Assembly (NCBI GenBank): GCA_048940605.1
Contig: JBHLOJ010000001.1
Location: 9,185-73,184 of the forward strand
Length of the DNA: 64,000 nt
Direction: 5' to 3'
From: Promethearchaeota archaeon
GTDB lineage: Archaea; Asgardarchaeota; Lokiarchaeia; Sigyniarchaeales; SOKP01
Under the pieces are notes generated by a model. The model was not told the DNA's origin and searched no databases. It was given only the letters and a program-made list of their open reading frames with translations. Numbering within the stretch: position 1 is the first letter of the stretch; each line of letters opens with the position of its first letter. This document shows positions 40,903 to 50,341 of this stretch, one piece after another. A program made the position numbers and the translations under genes.

Positions 40903-42060
40903 TTATGGGGTAAAATCTTTACATTTATTTGTAAATTTTATTTCATTCCCTTTAGAACACTTTAGAGTCGAACAGTTCTTTTCACATTTTAAACAACGTG
41001 TGATGCGTACATGTGAGCAATAATAGCAACACAATTTTGTATCTTTTTCCTTGAGCTGTGTTATTGTTAATTCGTCCTTATCTTTGCTACAGCTAATATT
41101 CTTAGTTTGCATCTTACTTGATTTTTGAGATTCCTGTTTTACAGAGTCAAGTCTACATTTTTGTTTCATTTTTTTCATATAGTTCTTTCCTGCTTCCATA
41201 AATTGCTTACCACTCTCTTCTTTTATGGTGTTTTCAACTGTCTTTATTTTATTATGGACATTTTCAATTTGCTGTAATTCTGTAGCTAGTAGACTTGTAT
41301 CATTTTTGTCTGCATCCTCGATAGAATTCGTAGATATATCAAAGCGCCCTTTTAGCTTTTTCTTAATTATCATTCTGTTTTCTATTTTTCTTAAACGGTC
41401 TAATAATTCAGTTTGAGTTATTTTTCCTTCCTTAATTAAATGTATTGACTGCTCGTCAAGTTTATTATCTAAAATGGCTTCGGCTATACGAGTTTTAACA
41501 AACATTGTTCGTTTAGCAATTCCGAAGTCTTTATAATATTTCTCTACGAATGCATCGGGAGATGAAAACATAAGTGCATCCGATGCATTTATGGTTTTGT
41601 GATCTGGAATTTCTGGGTTTTTACGGATATACTTTCCTTTTTTTGTAACAGGATACGTCTTTTCATATTTCCTTTTTAACTTGCCTAGACCTAGATAAAA
41701 TTCATAGGAAGTAAAATTCTTACGATTGTTATTTTCTATAAATTCGATATATAATTCATCAAACTCAGATAGGTTAGAATAGATTTTTGCCCTTATTGAT
41801 TCCCACCCACTGTCGTAAGCTACTAGGAATCTTATATACCCAGCCAGGAGTTTATAATTATCATTTAAGGTTATTGGATGGAGTTGTCCGATTTTACCCA
41901 TAGATTCTTTGGTAGCAATAAATCCTGGATCCAACTTATAATTTCCCGTTTCTTGACGAATTCTTTGTTGTGGATTTAGTTTAACCTTGTTAAGAGGAAC
42001 ATCTTCATCTCTTGTTGTATATGTAGGCGTTGACTCAGAAACATGATTCTCTTTAATCAT
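40903..42060 (-). CDS. ParB/Srx-fold N-terminal domain protein with Cys-rich C-terminal tail
   Basis: VPLNKVKLNPQQRIR...SMGKIGQLHPITLNDNYKLLAGYIRFLVAYDSGWESIRAKIY...IEFIENNNRKNFTSYEF follows the ParB N-terminal pattern (Q.R, G.l.Pi.v, G.rR..A, EN..R..l...E). The C-terminus is CCYYCSHVRITRCLKCEKNCSTLKCSKG...KCKDF. Confidence 0.7.
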   Translation of the reverse strand: MIKENHVSESTPTYTTRDEDVPLNKVKLNPQQRIRQETGNYKLDPGFIATKESMGKIGQLHPITLNDNYKLLAGYIRFLVAYDSGWESIRAKIYSNLSEFDELYIEFIENNNRKNFTSYEFYLGLGKLKRKYEKTYPVTKKGKYIRKNPEIPDHKTINASDALMFSSPDAFVEKYYKDFGIAKRTMFVKTRIAEAILDNKLDEQSIHLIKEGKITQTELLDRLRKIENRMIIKKKLKGRFDISTNSIEDADKNDTSLLATELQQIENVHNKIKTVENTIKEESGKQFMEAGKNYMKKMKQKCRLDSVKQESQKSSKMQTKNISCSKDKDELTITQLKEKDTKLCCYYCSHVRITRCLKCEKNCSTLKCSKGNEIKFTNKCKDFTP

Positions 42061-42064
42061 CTTC

Positions 42065-42226
42065 TTACCCTATCTCCTCATCATACTCTTGATTTAAATA
42101 CTCACAATTGTTATGTAGTAGCATAGGTAACCCTGTTAAATATCCTCCACTGTAAAATTTATTACATTTAATAAATCTTTTGAACTCCATATTAGTTCTT
42201 CTAACACGAACAATATTAACTCCCAT
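42065..42226 (-). CDS. Possible small protein (53 aa) immediately upstream of the ParB-like gene
   Basis: Below the track cutoff. Translation: MGVNIVRVRRTNMEFKRFIKCNKFYSGGYLTGLPMLLHNNCEYLNQEYDEEIG*. The stop lies 4 nt before the ParB-like ATG. Confidence 0.25.
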   Translation of the reverse strand: MGVNIVRVRRTNMEFKRFIKCNKFYSGGYLTGLPMLLHNNCEYLNQEYDEEIG

Positions 42227-42540
42227 AATTTGACTCACTGTTCGAAGGGTTACCCCCTAAATTTATGCCTTTTTACGGTATCCTATATAATTACCTTTTT
42301 CTATACCAATATAGATCTTTATTCGCTGTATTTAAACTTTTATACTATATCGGTATAGCATGGGATCTAGCTCTTTCGGATTGAGTAAAGGAATGACATT
42401 TTTCACGAGAATCTCAAGTTAGGGCATCTTATAAAATTTTCAAGCTTTTTCTATCCCTAAATCTTTAACATATATATTTAAAAACTATCCTACATAATTG
42501 TTAAACTGAAATTCGAAAATCTATTTACAACATATATAAT

Positions 42541-44538
42541 GTGATAAAATTGAGAAAAAAACATTTTTTGATTTTGATAACTTTACTACTAACAACTCTA
42601 ATTGGACTAATTGGGATTGCTCCTCAACAAGTACATGCGGATGATCCTATATCCTATGTCCCGACTAGTTACCAAGGTAAAAAAGGATCATACAGTGGCG
42701 GCAGTCTCGACAATTTATGGGAAAAAGACTCATTATATTTTGAATGGGATGTTGAGTCTACCTATATACCACCGTTTTTTACCATATATGAATTTAAAGT
42801 AGTATTCTTTTTTGATGAGAATGTTGGCCCTGTGAATGAAATCCGCATAGAACTAAGTTTCCACCAGCAAGTCAGCATTCAAGTTCATTATGAAGATGGA
42901 AGTGCTGAAGGTGGTACTACATGGCAAGGATCGTGGAGCGTAAGTCCTAATGGAAAAGAAGTAGTTAAAATAATAGCGTCATGCATATATTTTTATCCGG
43001 CAAATCCAACATGTAGATTTAACCTGATTCGCTTATATCCAATCGCGATAGCATCCCCAGCTGATGGAGCAAGTTATTCGGAGCCAATGGAAGGATACTA
43101 TCCTGGAACATATGGTTTTGAAGATGAAATTGATGGAACCTCTGGAACAGCGATTGATTTCATTGACAGTGCATCCGCCTACTCATGGTGTAAAATCCAA
43201 GGATCTTATACAGACACTAATAATGTCATCCATAACAAAGTATTACATGTAGAAGATATGTATAGAAATTATTATACAAAAGTTAGCCATACCTTTGATT
43301 CTCCACAATACCTAGCTACTATAGATTTCTGGTTTTTGATGACAAATAAATATACTGGACCAGTTGATAAAATTCTATTTTATGCTACAGATGACCAAAA
43401 TAATATTATCTTTCGATTAAATATGGGAGATGGAAAAATCATAGATTCAGGCGAAAATGAAGCGCCTATGTCGTATAATAAGTGGTATCATATTAGAATT
43501 TACTTTGTTTCAATTTTACCTGAGGGGTATTATGATTGGTATCTAAATGATGAGTTACAATATTCCGATGTTCCCTGCGAGACTTCTTATGTATATACGT
43601 CAAAACTAGTCATCGCATCATATGATGATTATTTAACTAAAGGAGAAGCGTACTTTGACGCATTTGGGTTTGATTGGGAACCTGGTTATACTATTGGTCT
43701 TAATCGCAAAGAAGGTATATTTGTTGATATTAAACATACTAATATAGATAATCTGAATTATAGTATAGATGATGGTGAATCTATAGATATTAGAGGAGAT
43801 TTTGTTATCCCTTTCCCATTTACGAGAGATCATACCATTAAAGTAGGGGGAACGTCTGATGGTATTCCGGTAGAAAGCCCACCGACTACATTTTCATTTG
43901 ATTATGGAGAAAAATATGCCGTCCTCATTTGGAATGGACATATGAGTGGTGAGTGGCGTACAGAATATTATTCAATATTATGGGCTGAAGGATTTCATTA
44001 TATATTTCAGGATGAGAACCCAAGGAAAGAGGACGTTGCGTATCTATTATCGGATGTAGCAGATATTGCAAATGAAAATGACATTATTTTTATCTACCTG
44101 TTTGGTTGGGGATACCACACGGGGGGGATTTCTTCCATAATTTTTTTTGGTTTGCATCCAGACCATTGGATTACTTCTACACAATTGAAATATTATATAG
44201 ACCAAATTCCATCCTCGAGAAAAATGGTCTTGGTAGGGAGCTCTTTTTCAGGTCAATTTATCGAAGCTTTTGATGAAGATGGTTATATCATTATGACTTG
44301 CACCGATACAGAGTCCCATGGACATATATTTGATGAATATATTCCACCCACTGATTTTTACCATGAGGAGATTTTTGTTGATGCATTCTTTGATGAAATA
44401 ACGAATGGTGCTACTTCATATGAGGCATTCGCTATAGCTCAACCTTATATAAAGGATATGTATGAAAATGAACCTTACGATGAAAGACAAAATCCTCAAA
44501 TGTCTGATCGGTGCGATATTGATTTCTTTGGATATTAA
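42541..44538 (+). CDS. Secreted LamG-like + clan CD (caspase/legumain-like) domain protein with the catalytic dyad replaced (probable pseudo-peptidase)
   Basis: Signal peptide: IKLRKKHFLILITLLLTTLIGLIGIAPQQVHA. The LamG-like module contains WYHIRIYF...YFDAFGFDW. The C-terminal domain aligns with the paralog at 45105..47132 but reads IIFIYLFGWGYHTGG and KMVLVGSSFSGQF where the paralog has LHGHG and AHCCHAGGF. Confidence 0.8.
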   Translation: MIKLRKKHFLILITLLLTTLIGLIGIAPQQVHADDPISYVPTSYQGKKGSYSGGSLDNLWEKDSLYFEWDVESTYIPPFFTIYEFKVVFFFDENVGPVNEIRIELSFHQQVSIQVHYEDGSAEGGTTWQGSWSVSPNGKEVVKIIASCIYFYPANPTCRFNLIRLYPIAIASPADGASYSEPMEGYYPGTYGFEDEIDGTSGTAIDFIDSASAYSWCKIQGSYTDTNNVIHNKVLHVEDMYRNYYTKVSHTFDSPQYLATIDFWFLMTNKYTGPVDKILFYATDDQNNIIFRLNMGDGKIIDSGENEAPMSYNKWYHIRIYFVSILPEGYYDWYLNDELQYSDVPCETSYVYTSKLVIASYDDYLTKGEAYFDAFGFDWEPGYTIGLNRKEGIFVDIKHTNIDNLNYSIDDGESIDIRGDFVIPFPFTRDHTIKVGGTSDGIPVESPPTTFSFDYGEKYAVLIWNGHMSGEWRTEYYSILWAEGFHYIFQDENPRKEDVAYLLSDVADIANENDIIFIYLFGWGYHTGGISSIIFFGLHPDHWITSTQLKYYIDQIPSSRKMVLVGSSFSGQFIEAFDEDGYIIMTCTDTESHGHIFDEYIPPTDFYHEEIFVDAFFDEITNGATSYEAFAIAQPYIKDMYENEPYDERQNPQMSDRCDIDFFGY

Positions 44539-44732
44539 TTAATCTTAACTCCTTTTTTTTTTATTTTTTGTATTTCAGCTTTAAATTCATTAAGACCATT
44601 GATTGTTAATGATTTACCTGCATAGAAATCTACGGACTTTAGCCTTAACTGTTGAATTCTACCTATTACTCCTTCATATACTTGGTCATTTGGAAAGCCA
44701 TGAAGAAGATCAGAATGGAAGAATGTTTGCAT
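44535..44732 (-). CDS. Doubtful 65-aa ORF or gene fragment
   Basis: ORF track entry. Its C-terminal KIKKKGVKIN is the reverse complement of the neighbour's T-tract terminator. The frame stays open upstream to 44840 without a start codon, so it may be a 3' fragment. Confidence 0.25.
   Translation of the reverse strand: MQTFFHSDLLHGFPNDQVYEGVIGRIQQLRLKSVDFYAGKSLTINGLNEFKAEIQKIKKKGVKIN
44553..44569 (+). terminator. Oligo-T terminator after 42541..44538
   Basis: T10-A-T6 starts 15 nt after the TAA. A conserved TTAATCTTAACTCC precedes it. Confidence 0.45.
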
Positions 44733-45104
44733 TAAATGATATTTCCATTTATCTGAGGAGATATTAGTTCGTAACTTGAAACTACCTTGACTTTCGCTAC
44801 TAAGTTTATAATTAACTCTTATGCTTATTCTGATTAATTTCTAACTGTTCATAAATACTTGATTAATACATAAAAATTTAAATCTAGAACTCCCTAATAC
44901 TCAAAGAGTTCCATTTTTTAACCTGTAATTTCATCTTTTTTATTACCTTATTTTATTTTTTATATTTTTTTTTGGAGGATCAGTTTATTCCTCTTTTTTC
45001 ATAAGTCCTAAAGATATTTAAATATTCAAAATTCTTAAAAAGCATATCTACAAAAAAATCCAAGTTTTAAAAATTCAATAAATAATTCATAAAGTGTTAT
45101 AAAT

Positions 45105-47132
45105 ATGAGAATTAAAAACAAAAACATAATGATTTTCTTCTTTTTGTGTTCAATAATACTTTCGACCTTGTTTTTTCTCAACACATTTGCCACTGTCAAT
45201 TTGAATGAACCTAATGATCCCAAAGTAGCAACAACGTCCACTGGTGTTATCAGACCAGACGGAAATATTCAAAATCAATGGGGCACCTCAGATTACTCTA
45301 GAATAGACGATGAAGTAAATAAACCAAATCCAGGGGATGGAGTTTCTAATGCTCACTCAGGTAATAACGAAATTGTCGTAGATATTTTCAGCATGGGAGA
45401 ATTCGAAGACTACGATTGTTATGATGTGTTTTCTATTAAAATACATTTAAGGTGTATGGCCATTGTTCTCCATGGCGGTTATGCAAGAATCCAGGTAACT
45501 TATAGGTTTGGTGATGAGGGAATGTGGAAAAGCCCTCTACGCACAGTAACATCTCCTTTCGGCTGGGACTGGATAACATTTACATGGGGTGCCTCGGGAG
45601 CAGATGAGTTAGATATAGATGAGTTACAGGTAAAGTTAATTGCGGATATAAGTGCTAGCGGAGAAGGGGGCGGTGTTTCTGTTGATGTTATGTATGCCGA
45701 ATTTGAATATGAACCTACAATTCGTATAATAAGTCCTGAAGATGGAGCAAGTTTCTCGGAACCAATGGAGGGATATTATCCGGCAAGTTTCGGATTTGAA
45801 AATGATATAGTTGGTCAAAATCCCTCTGGATGGGGTATTAATGAATATATAAATGTAGAAGCAGAAATTGATGGACATAAAAAAGTAGTTAAAGCAATGC
45901 CAGAAGCCGCTTTTGATTATGCCATAATGGGAAATACTTTCACAGGGCAGACATCAGGAAAGATTGAGATGTGGTATAGATGTGAAGTCGTAGAAGACTT
46001 CGATTTGTTCTATTTATATGACACTTACCAAAATGTGGCAATTAAGATAGAAAGAACAAATATTGGGAATTGGAGATATCATGGCAGAGACGGTTGGGTT
46101 GTTTTTTCGAGTGGTGAAGTCTCAGCAGATACATGGTATCATCTTCGAATCGATTTTGATTGTGAACTAGACAGGTTCGATTTTTATATTGATGGAGATT
46201 TAAAAGTAGATCATGGTCTTTTTTTCGATTGGAGAAATTCAATTGGGGAAATACGGTTAGCATCATTTAGTTTTGATGCTTTTGCATATGGATGTTATTT
46301 TGATGCAATCGGATATTCTTGGGATCCTAAATATAACATTGGAGATAATCTTAAGGAAGGTCTGTTTTTTGATATTGAACCTACTGATGCAGATGATATG
46401 TGGTATAGTTTAGATGATGGCGATCCTGTAAGCATTACAGGTGATTTTGTAATCCCATTTCCATTTACTAGACACCACACGATTAAAGTAGGCGGAACGA
46501 TTGATGGTACGGAAGTAGAAACCCCCACTACTGCTTTTTCGTTTGATTTCGGAGAAAAGATAGCAATTCTCTTTTGGCTTGATGAGGTGAATGGAACACA
46601 TATAGAAGACTATATAGAAATCTTGGAAAACGAAGGGTTTACTAAATTCTATTGTGATATGAATCTCGAACTAGGTGAGTTTTATAGTATATTTGACCAG
46701 GTGGATGCTTATGAAGATGAGAATGATATTATTTTCCTCTACTTGCATGGACATGGTGCTAGATCGGGTGATGATACAATTATACAACTTCATCCTGAAA
46801 TTACTTGGAAGTATCGTGCTACGGAGTTTATGATAGAGATGGCTCAATTGGAATCCAAACGGAAAATGGTATTAGCCCATTGCTGTCATGCGGGAGGTTT
46901 TGTTAATTATTTTGATTTTGAACCATACACTGTTATCTCATCTTGTAAAATTAATGAACTTAGCCGCCATTATCCATCGGGTGAGGGTTATTTTAATCGC
47001 CCTTTCTTTGATGCTATTGAAAATGGGGCTAATGCATACCAAGCGTTTTCAATTGCATCTGCGGAAGTGGCTAGTAGTGGTATGACACCGCAGATCTCTG
47101 ATTTATGCGATATTACCTTCTTTGCATATTAA
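45105..47132 (+). CDS. Secreted LamG-like + clan CD (caspase/legumain-like) cysteine peptidase domain protein, catalytic His/Cys present
   Basis: Signal peptide: MRIKNKNIMIFFFLCSIILSTLFFLNTFA. LamG-like module: WYHLRIDFDCELDRFDFYIDGDLKV...YFDAIGYSWDPKYNIGDN. The C-terminal domain has NDIIFLYLHGHGARSG (His-Gly, nt 46743-46757) and RKMVLAHCCHAGGF (Cys, nt 46881-46886), as in C13/C14-type peptidases. Confidence 0.8.
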   Translation: MRIKNKNIMIFFFLCSIILSTLFFLNTFATVNLNEPNDPKVATTSTGVIRPDGNIQNQWGTSDYSRIDDEVNKPNPGDGVSNAHSGNNEIVVDIFSMGEFEDYDCYDVFSIKIHLRCMAIVLHGGYARIQVTYRFGDEGMWKSPLRTVTSPFGWDWITFTWGASGADELDIDELQVKLIADISASGEGGGVSVDVMYAEFEYEPTIRIISPEDGASFSEPMEGYYPASFGFENDIVGQNPSGWGINEYINVEAEIDGHKKVVKAMPEAAFDYAIMGNTFTGQTSGKIEMWYRCEVVEDFDLFYLYDTYQNVAIKIERTNIGNWRYHGRDGWVVFSSGEVSADTWYHLRIDFDCELDRFDFYIDGDLKVDHGLFFDWRNSIGEIRLASFSFDAFAYGCYFDAIGYSWDPKYNIGDNLKEGLFFDIEPTDADDMWYSLDDGDPVSITGDFVIPFPFTRHHTIKVGGTIDGTEVETPTTAFSFDFGEKIAILFWLDEVNGTHIEDYIEILENEGFTKFYCDMNLELGEFYSIFDQVDAYEDENDIIFLYLHGHGARSGDDTIIQLHPEITWKYRATEFMIEMAQLESKRKMVLAHCCHAGGFVNYFDFEPYTVISSCKINELSRHYPSGEGYFNRPFFDAIENGANAYQAFSIASAEVASSGMTPQISDLCDITFFAY

Positions 47133-47149
47133 CTAATCTTAACTCCCAC

Positions 47150-47169
47150 TTTTTTTTTTATTTTTTTTT
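47150..47169 (+). terminator. Oligo-T terminator after 45105..47132 (between convergent genes)
   Basis: T10-A-T9 starts 18 nt after the TAA. CTAATCTTAACTCC precedes it, 13/14 identical to the sequence after the paralog. Confidence 0.45.
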
Positions 47170-47205
47170 ATCTTATGTGGTGATTGTAGTATTTGAAAGA
47201 TCAGT

Positions 47206-47406
47206 TTATTCCTCTTTTTTCGTAAGTTTTAACTGCTGTTTTTTATAGATGAGCTCGATCAACTCTTTAATTGCTTTACGACCTCCCGCAATGAATAATT
47301 CAGTAGCAGATCGATAAAATGGACACGCTTCGATAAGTTCTAGGGCTTCTTGTACCAAATAGTCTGGAATTGCGACACTATGATATTTTGATTTCTTTTT
47401 TGCCAT
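47206..47406 (-). CDS. Ribbon-helix-helix (CopG/Arc-like) DNA-binding protein
   Basis: HSVAIPDYLVQEALELIEACPFYRSATELFIAGGRKAIKELI fits beta-strand, helix, helix. GAGGTGA lies 7 nt upstream of the ATG. Confidence 0.55.
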   Translation of the reverse strand: MAKKKSKYHSVAIPDYLVQEALELIEACPFYRSATELFIAGGRKAIKELIELIYKKQQLKLTKKEE

Positions 47407-47417
47407 GTTTTTTCACC

Positions 47418-48056
47418 TCAGATTGTATAGAGCATTAGCCATCGTCTTTTAAAAATAATACTCTCATTTACCAAGCAATTCTGGTTATGAACCACTATCT
47501 CCCCATATTTACAGGCATAAAAAAGTTGATCGACTAAGCGATTATTTCGAAATAAGGCATCACCCGTTATTTTCATCTCGGGATTGATAGAGTAGAGGGC
47601 TTCTAGGAGGGATTCAAAGACACCGAGTTGAAGATTAATGATGGGGATCTCTTCAATATGAGTATACTTGGATAGCTCGATATCTTGACATTCTAAATAG
47701 TGATAAATCTTCTTTATCTCTATTTTTTCGTGGTCACTAAAGGTAAAAAAAACTAGACACTCAAAACTACTTAGAATTTTCATCAGAAGTAAGTACAGTT
47801 CTACCTTATACTCATAATCCTCGATATAAAAAGAAAATAAGGTGTCAAATACCATGAGTCCCACCATGAAAACAGGGTTGCCTTCAAAATCTAAGATTGC
47901 TGCTTGATGGATAATCGGAGTAGATAAAGATTTAAGTACAAGCTTCACATGGTCTCCTCTATCGATGGATTTCAATTCTTTAATAATTTTTTCATAATCA
48001 AAAGTTCGGGTGATTGTATAGGCATAATTCCATTTTTTCAACTCATTCATCCCCAT
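47418..48056 (-). CDS. Hypothetical protein (212 aa); weak resemblance to an RNase H-fold/DEDD-type exonuclease
   Basis: Overlaps the upstream gene by 14 nt (ATGGGGATGAATGA). AAILDFEGNP...LVFFTFSDHEKIEI is a loose D-x-E ... (N/S)-x2-(F/S)-D pattern only. Confidence 0.6.
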   Translation of the reverse strand: MGMNELKKWNYAYTITRTFDYEKIIKELKSIDRGDHVKLVLKSLSTPIIHQAAILDFEGNPVFMVGLMVFDTLFSFYIEDYEYKVELYLLLMKILSSFECLVFFTFSDHEKIEIKKIYHYLECQDIELSKYTHIEEIPIINLQLGVFESLLEALYSINPEMKITGDALFRNNRLVDQLFYACKYGEIVVHNQNCLVNESIIFKRRWLMLYTI

Positions 48057-50340
48057 CCCTGAGAGTAAATTCTTTTAGGAACTTTACAATGGAAAAATAC
48101 ATTAAACTCACAAAATACATCGCATTAATGAGCTTCTCTTCTTTATCATCGCTCTCATTTCTAACCTCTCCGATGGAGTGACGGGCGATATCGAGGAGAG
48201 CAGACACTTCCTTTTTTAATAGTTCGAGTGAATTTTTCTGATTCTGAGGTAAGATTAGAGATTTTTCATTTATCAATGTAATGTCAATGATTAAATACAC
48301 TGCAATACTGTACATATTTTCAGTTTGAGTAAGAAAATTGGAAAATTCCCATTGGTTTTTGAATAATTCGAGTAAATACTCTTGATTTTCTTGAATAAAG
48401 ACCGGTGATTTGGTATTAAAGAAAAACTCATGGTAATATAGAGTAGTCAGGCAATTGTAGAAAACTGGAAAGCTAATAGTATCTGTAAGTAGATGTAATC
48501 TCAGCAAATCAAGTATTTTATTCTTATTTTCTATCTCTATATCTTGTAATAATCTGTTAATTTCAATAGATAGTTTTCTCTCCTCTATCCCATTCTTATT
48601 AAGAACTCGTTTATAAATATAGTTATAGACTCCTCGTAGTTCATAGAAGTGATGCCAAAAATGAAATGAATTGGGTGTCCTTCTCATCGCGTAGGTAGTG
48701 CCAAATCTCAACAAGGTGGCAAAACTGGGATACAATTTATCAGGACGTAAGAGCATCTGGACATGGTCTCGAGTGATGGTATTTGGTTTCTGTAAGAACA
48801 GGTCTGCGTCATTTGTATCAAATTTATCTAGCACAGCTTTGATTTTCGCATCCTCTAGTACATTACTATACGTTAAATATCGCTCAGAAATCCCTTCTCC
48901 TTTTCCATCGGAAATAGGAATTGAGACCAATCGACTTAGAGGATGAGGAGAGAAGAGGCGAAATACACCTTTATTCACGCTTGAAGTATCTAACAATATC
49001 GCTATTAAATCCTTCGAATCGACTGCTAACCGAAAAAGCTGTTGCCCATGAAGAATCTTTAATTTTCTGCGGATTTCGGGAGGGACGACAATGGTTTCCT
49101 TGTATACCGTATAAAGGAGTAGCGATTGTAAGAGAGACTTTATAAACTTGAATTTATCGTTCAAACTACTAATTTTTTCTTTTTTCAATGTGGTGATCCC
49201 TGGAAGTAACGAATTATCTGCTAACTCGGGTAAATTGACATGATGTTCAATGTCGGTAATCGTATCATAGTCCATCGCATATAACAGATGGATTCCTCTG
49301 GAACCGCTGAAAATCATCTTAAAAGACGGAAGTCCTAAACCTTGAGCGGTAGTATTTATTGCCTGTGCGATATTGGTAGTGAGTTCCCAAATAGTCTGTC
49401 GCGAAAACATACTGGAAAGGAGTGAAGGGATATCAATATCAATAAGCAGGTAAAGGATATCATTGTTGGTACTTCTTACGCTTAAATAAATTCCTCCAAT
49501 ATCGTTCTCTTGTACAATTTCCTTATATTTTTCATAGGGGGTATTCTTTGAGAGTAATTGGTGAAACTTCATCTTGGTATCTTTTAATGATACAGTTCTT
49601 CGTTTTGCTGGAAATTTATCTTCCTTAACAATATCTAAGGTGATCTCCGCATTCCCTTGAAAGTTATCAGGGAACATGTACGTTTTTAGGATTTCATAGA
49701 ATTTGGGATGTTGAAGATACTCGGTGTCGTCCGTTGATAAAAAATCGTGCAATTCGTCATATTCTTTGCGTTCCAAGTTATGCTCTAAGACTTGATCATA
49801 TTCCTCTGTTCCTTTCCTTTGGATATAGACCTTTCCGATGATTTGTTGAGCAAAGGTAAACTCGTCAAGAGCCCACATCTTTATAAAAGCAACTATATCT
49901 CGGAGTTTTACTAATCGCAAGTTAAATTCCATTGAGATAATATCCATGCGATTACTTTCTCTGGTGTACTCGTTTTTTACCAGATATTCTAATCTCTGGA
50001 GTTTTATACCATCTTTAAACACATAATAGCGATCAATAGTGAAGTTGAGTTTATTCATTAAATTTGAGATGGCATACTTAATCATATCTTTGGTCTTATC
50101 GAAGGTAGCTTCCGTTTCATGGCTTTTAATCACTCCTTCTTCATAGAGAGTGTTGATAACATCAATATCAGGGCTAAGGATTTCCAGTTGCACTTTTACT
50201 TTTTGAATTCGATTATAAATGTCATCTTTTCCTTTGGTAAATTCAGTTCGTAATATATCAATAAACTGCCTGAAGTCAAAGGTGGACGTGGAGATATCTT
50301 CCAGTAAGTAGTCAATCTTCGAAGCATAATAGAGACTCAT
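48043..50340 (-). CDS. Archaeo-eukaryotic primase (AEP) superfamily primase-polymerase-like protein (765 aa from Met-20 of the track ORF)
   Basis: Motif I: YLLIDIDIP (about nt 49430-49445). Motif II: MIFSGSRGIHLLY (about nt 49287-49310). Motif III: ILLDTSSVNKGVFRLFSPHPLSRLVSIPI (about nt 48938-48996). These correspond to DxD, sGxGxH and D...R..S.H of PriS/PrimPol. The start was moved to ATG 50338-50340, which sits 1 nt after the upstream stop at 50342-50344. Confidence 0.75.
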   Translation of the reverse strand: MSLYYASKIDYLLEDISTSTFDFRQFIDILRTEFTKGKDDIYNRIQKVKVQLEILSPDIDVINTLYEEGVIKSHETEATFDKTKDMIKYAISNLMNKLNFTIDRYYVFKDGIKLQRLEYLVKNEYTRESNRMDIISMEFNLRLVKLRDIVAFIKMWALDEFTFAQQIIGKVYIQRKGTEEYDQVLEHNLERKEYDELHDFLSTDDTEYLQHPKFYEILKTYMFPDNFQGNAEITLDIVKEDKFPAKRRTVSLKDTKMKFHQLLSKNTPYEKYKEIVQENDIGGIYLSVRSTNNDILYLLIDIDIPSLLSSMFSRQTIWELTTNIAQAINTTAQGLGLPSFKMIFSGSRGIHLLYAMDYDTITDIEHHVNLPELADNSLLPGITTLKKEKISSLNDKFKFIKSLLQSLLLYTVYKETIVVPPEIRRKLKILHGQQLFRLAVDSKDLIAILLDTSSVNKGVFRLFSPHPLSRLVSIPISDGKGEGISERYLTYSNVLEDAKIKAVLDKFDTNDADLFLQKPNTITRDHVQMLLRPDKLYPSFATLLRFGTTYAMRRTPNSFHFWHHFYELRGVYNYIYKRVLNKNGIEERKLSIEINRLLQDIEIENKNKILDLLRLHLLTDTISFPVFYNCLTTLYYHEFFFNTKSPVFIQENQEYLLELFKNQWEFSNFLTQTENMYSIAVYLIIDITLINEKSLILPQNQKNSLELLKKEVSALLDIARHSIGEVRNESDDKEEKLINAMYFVSLMYFSIVKFLKEFTLRDGDE

Positions 50341-50341
50341 C

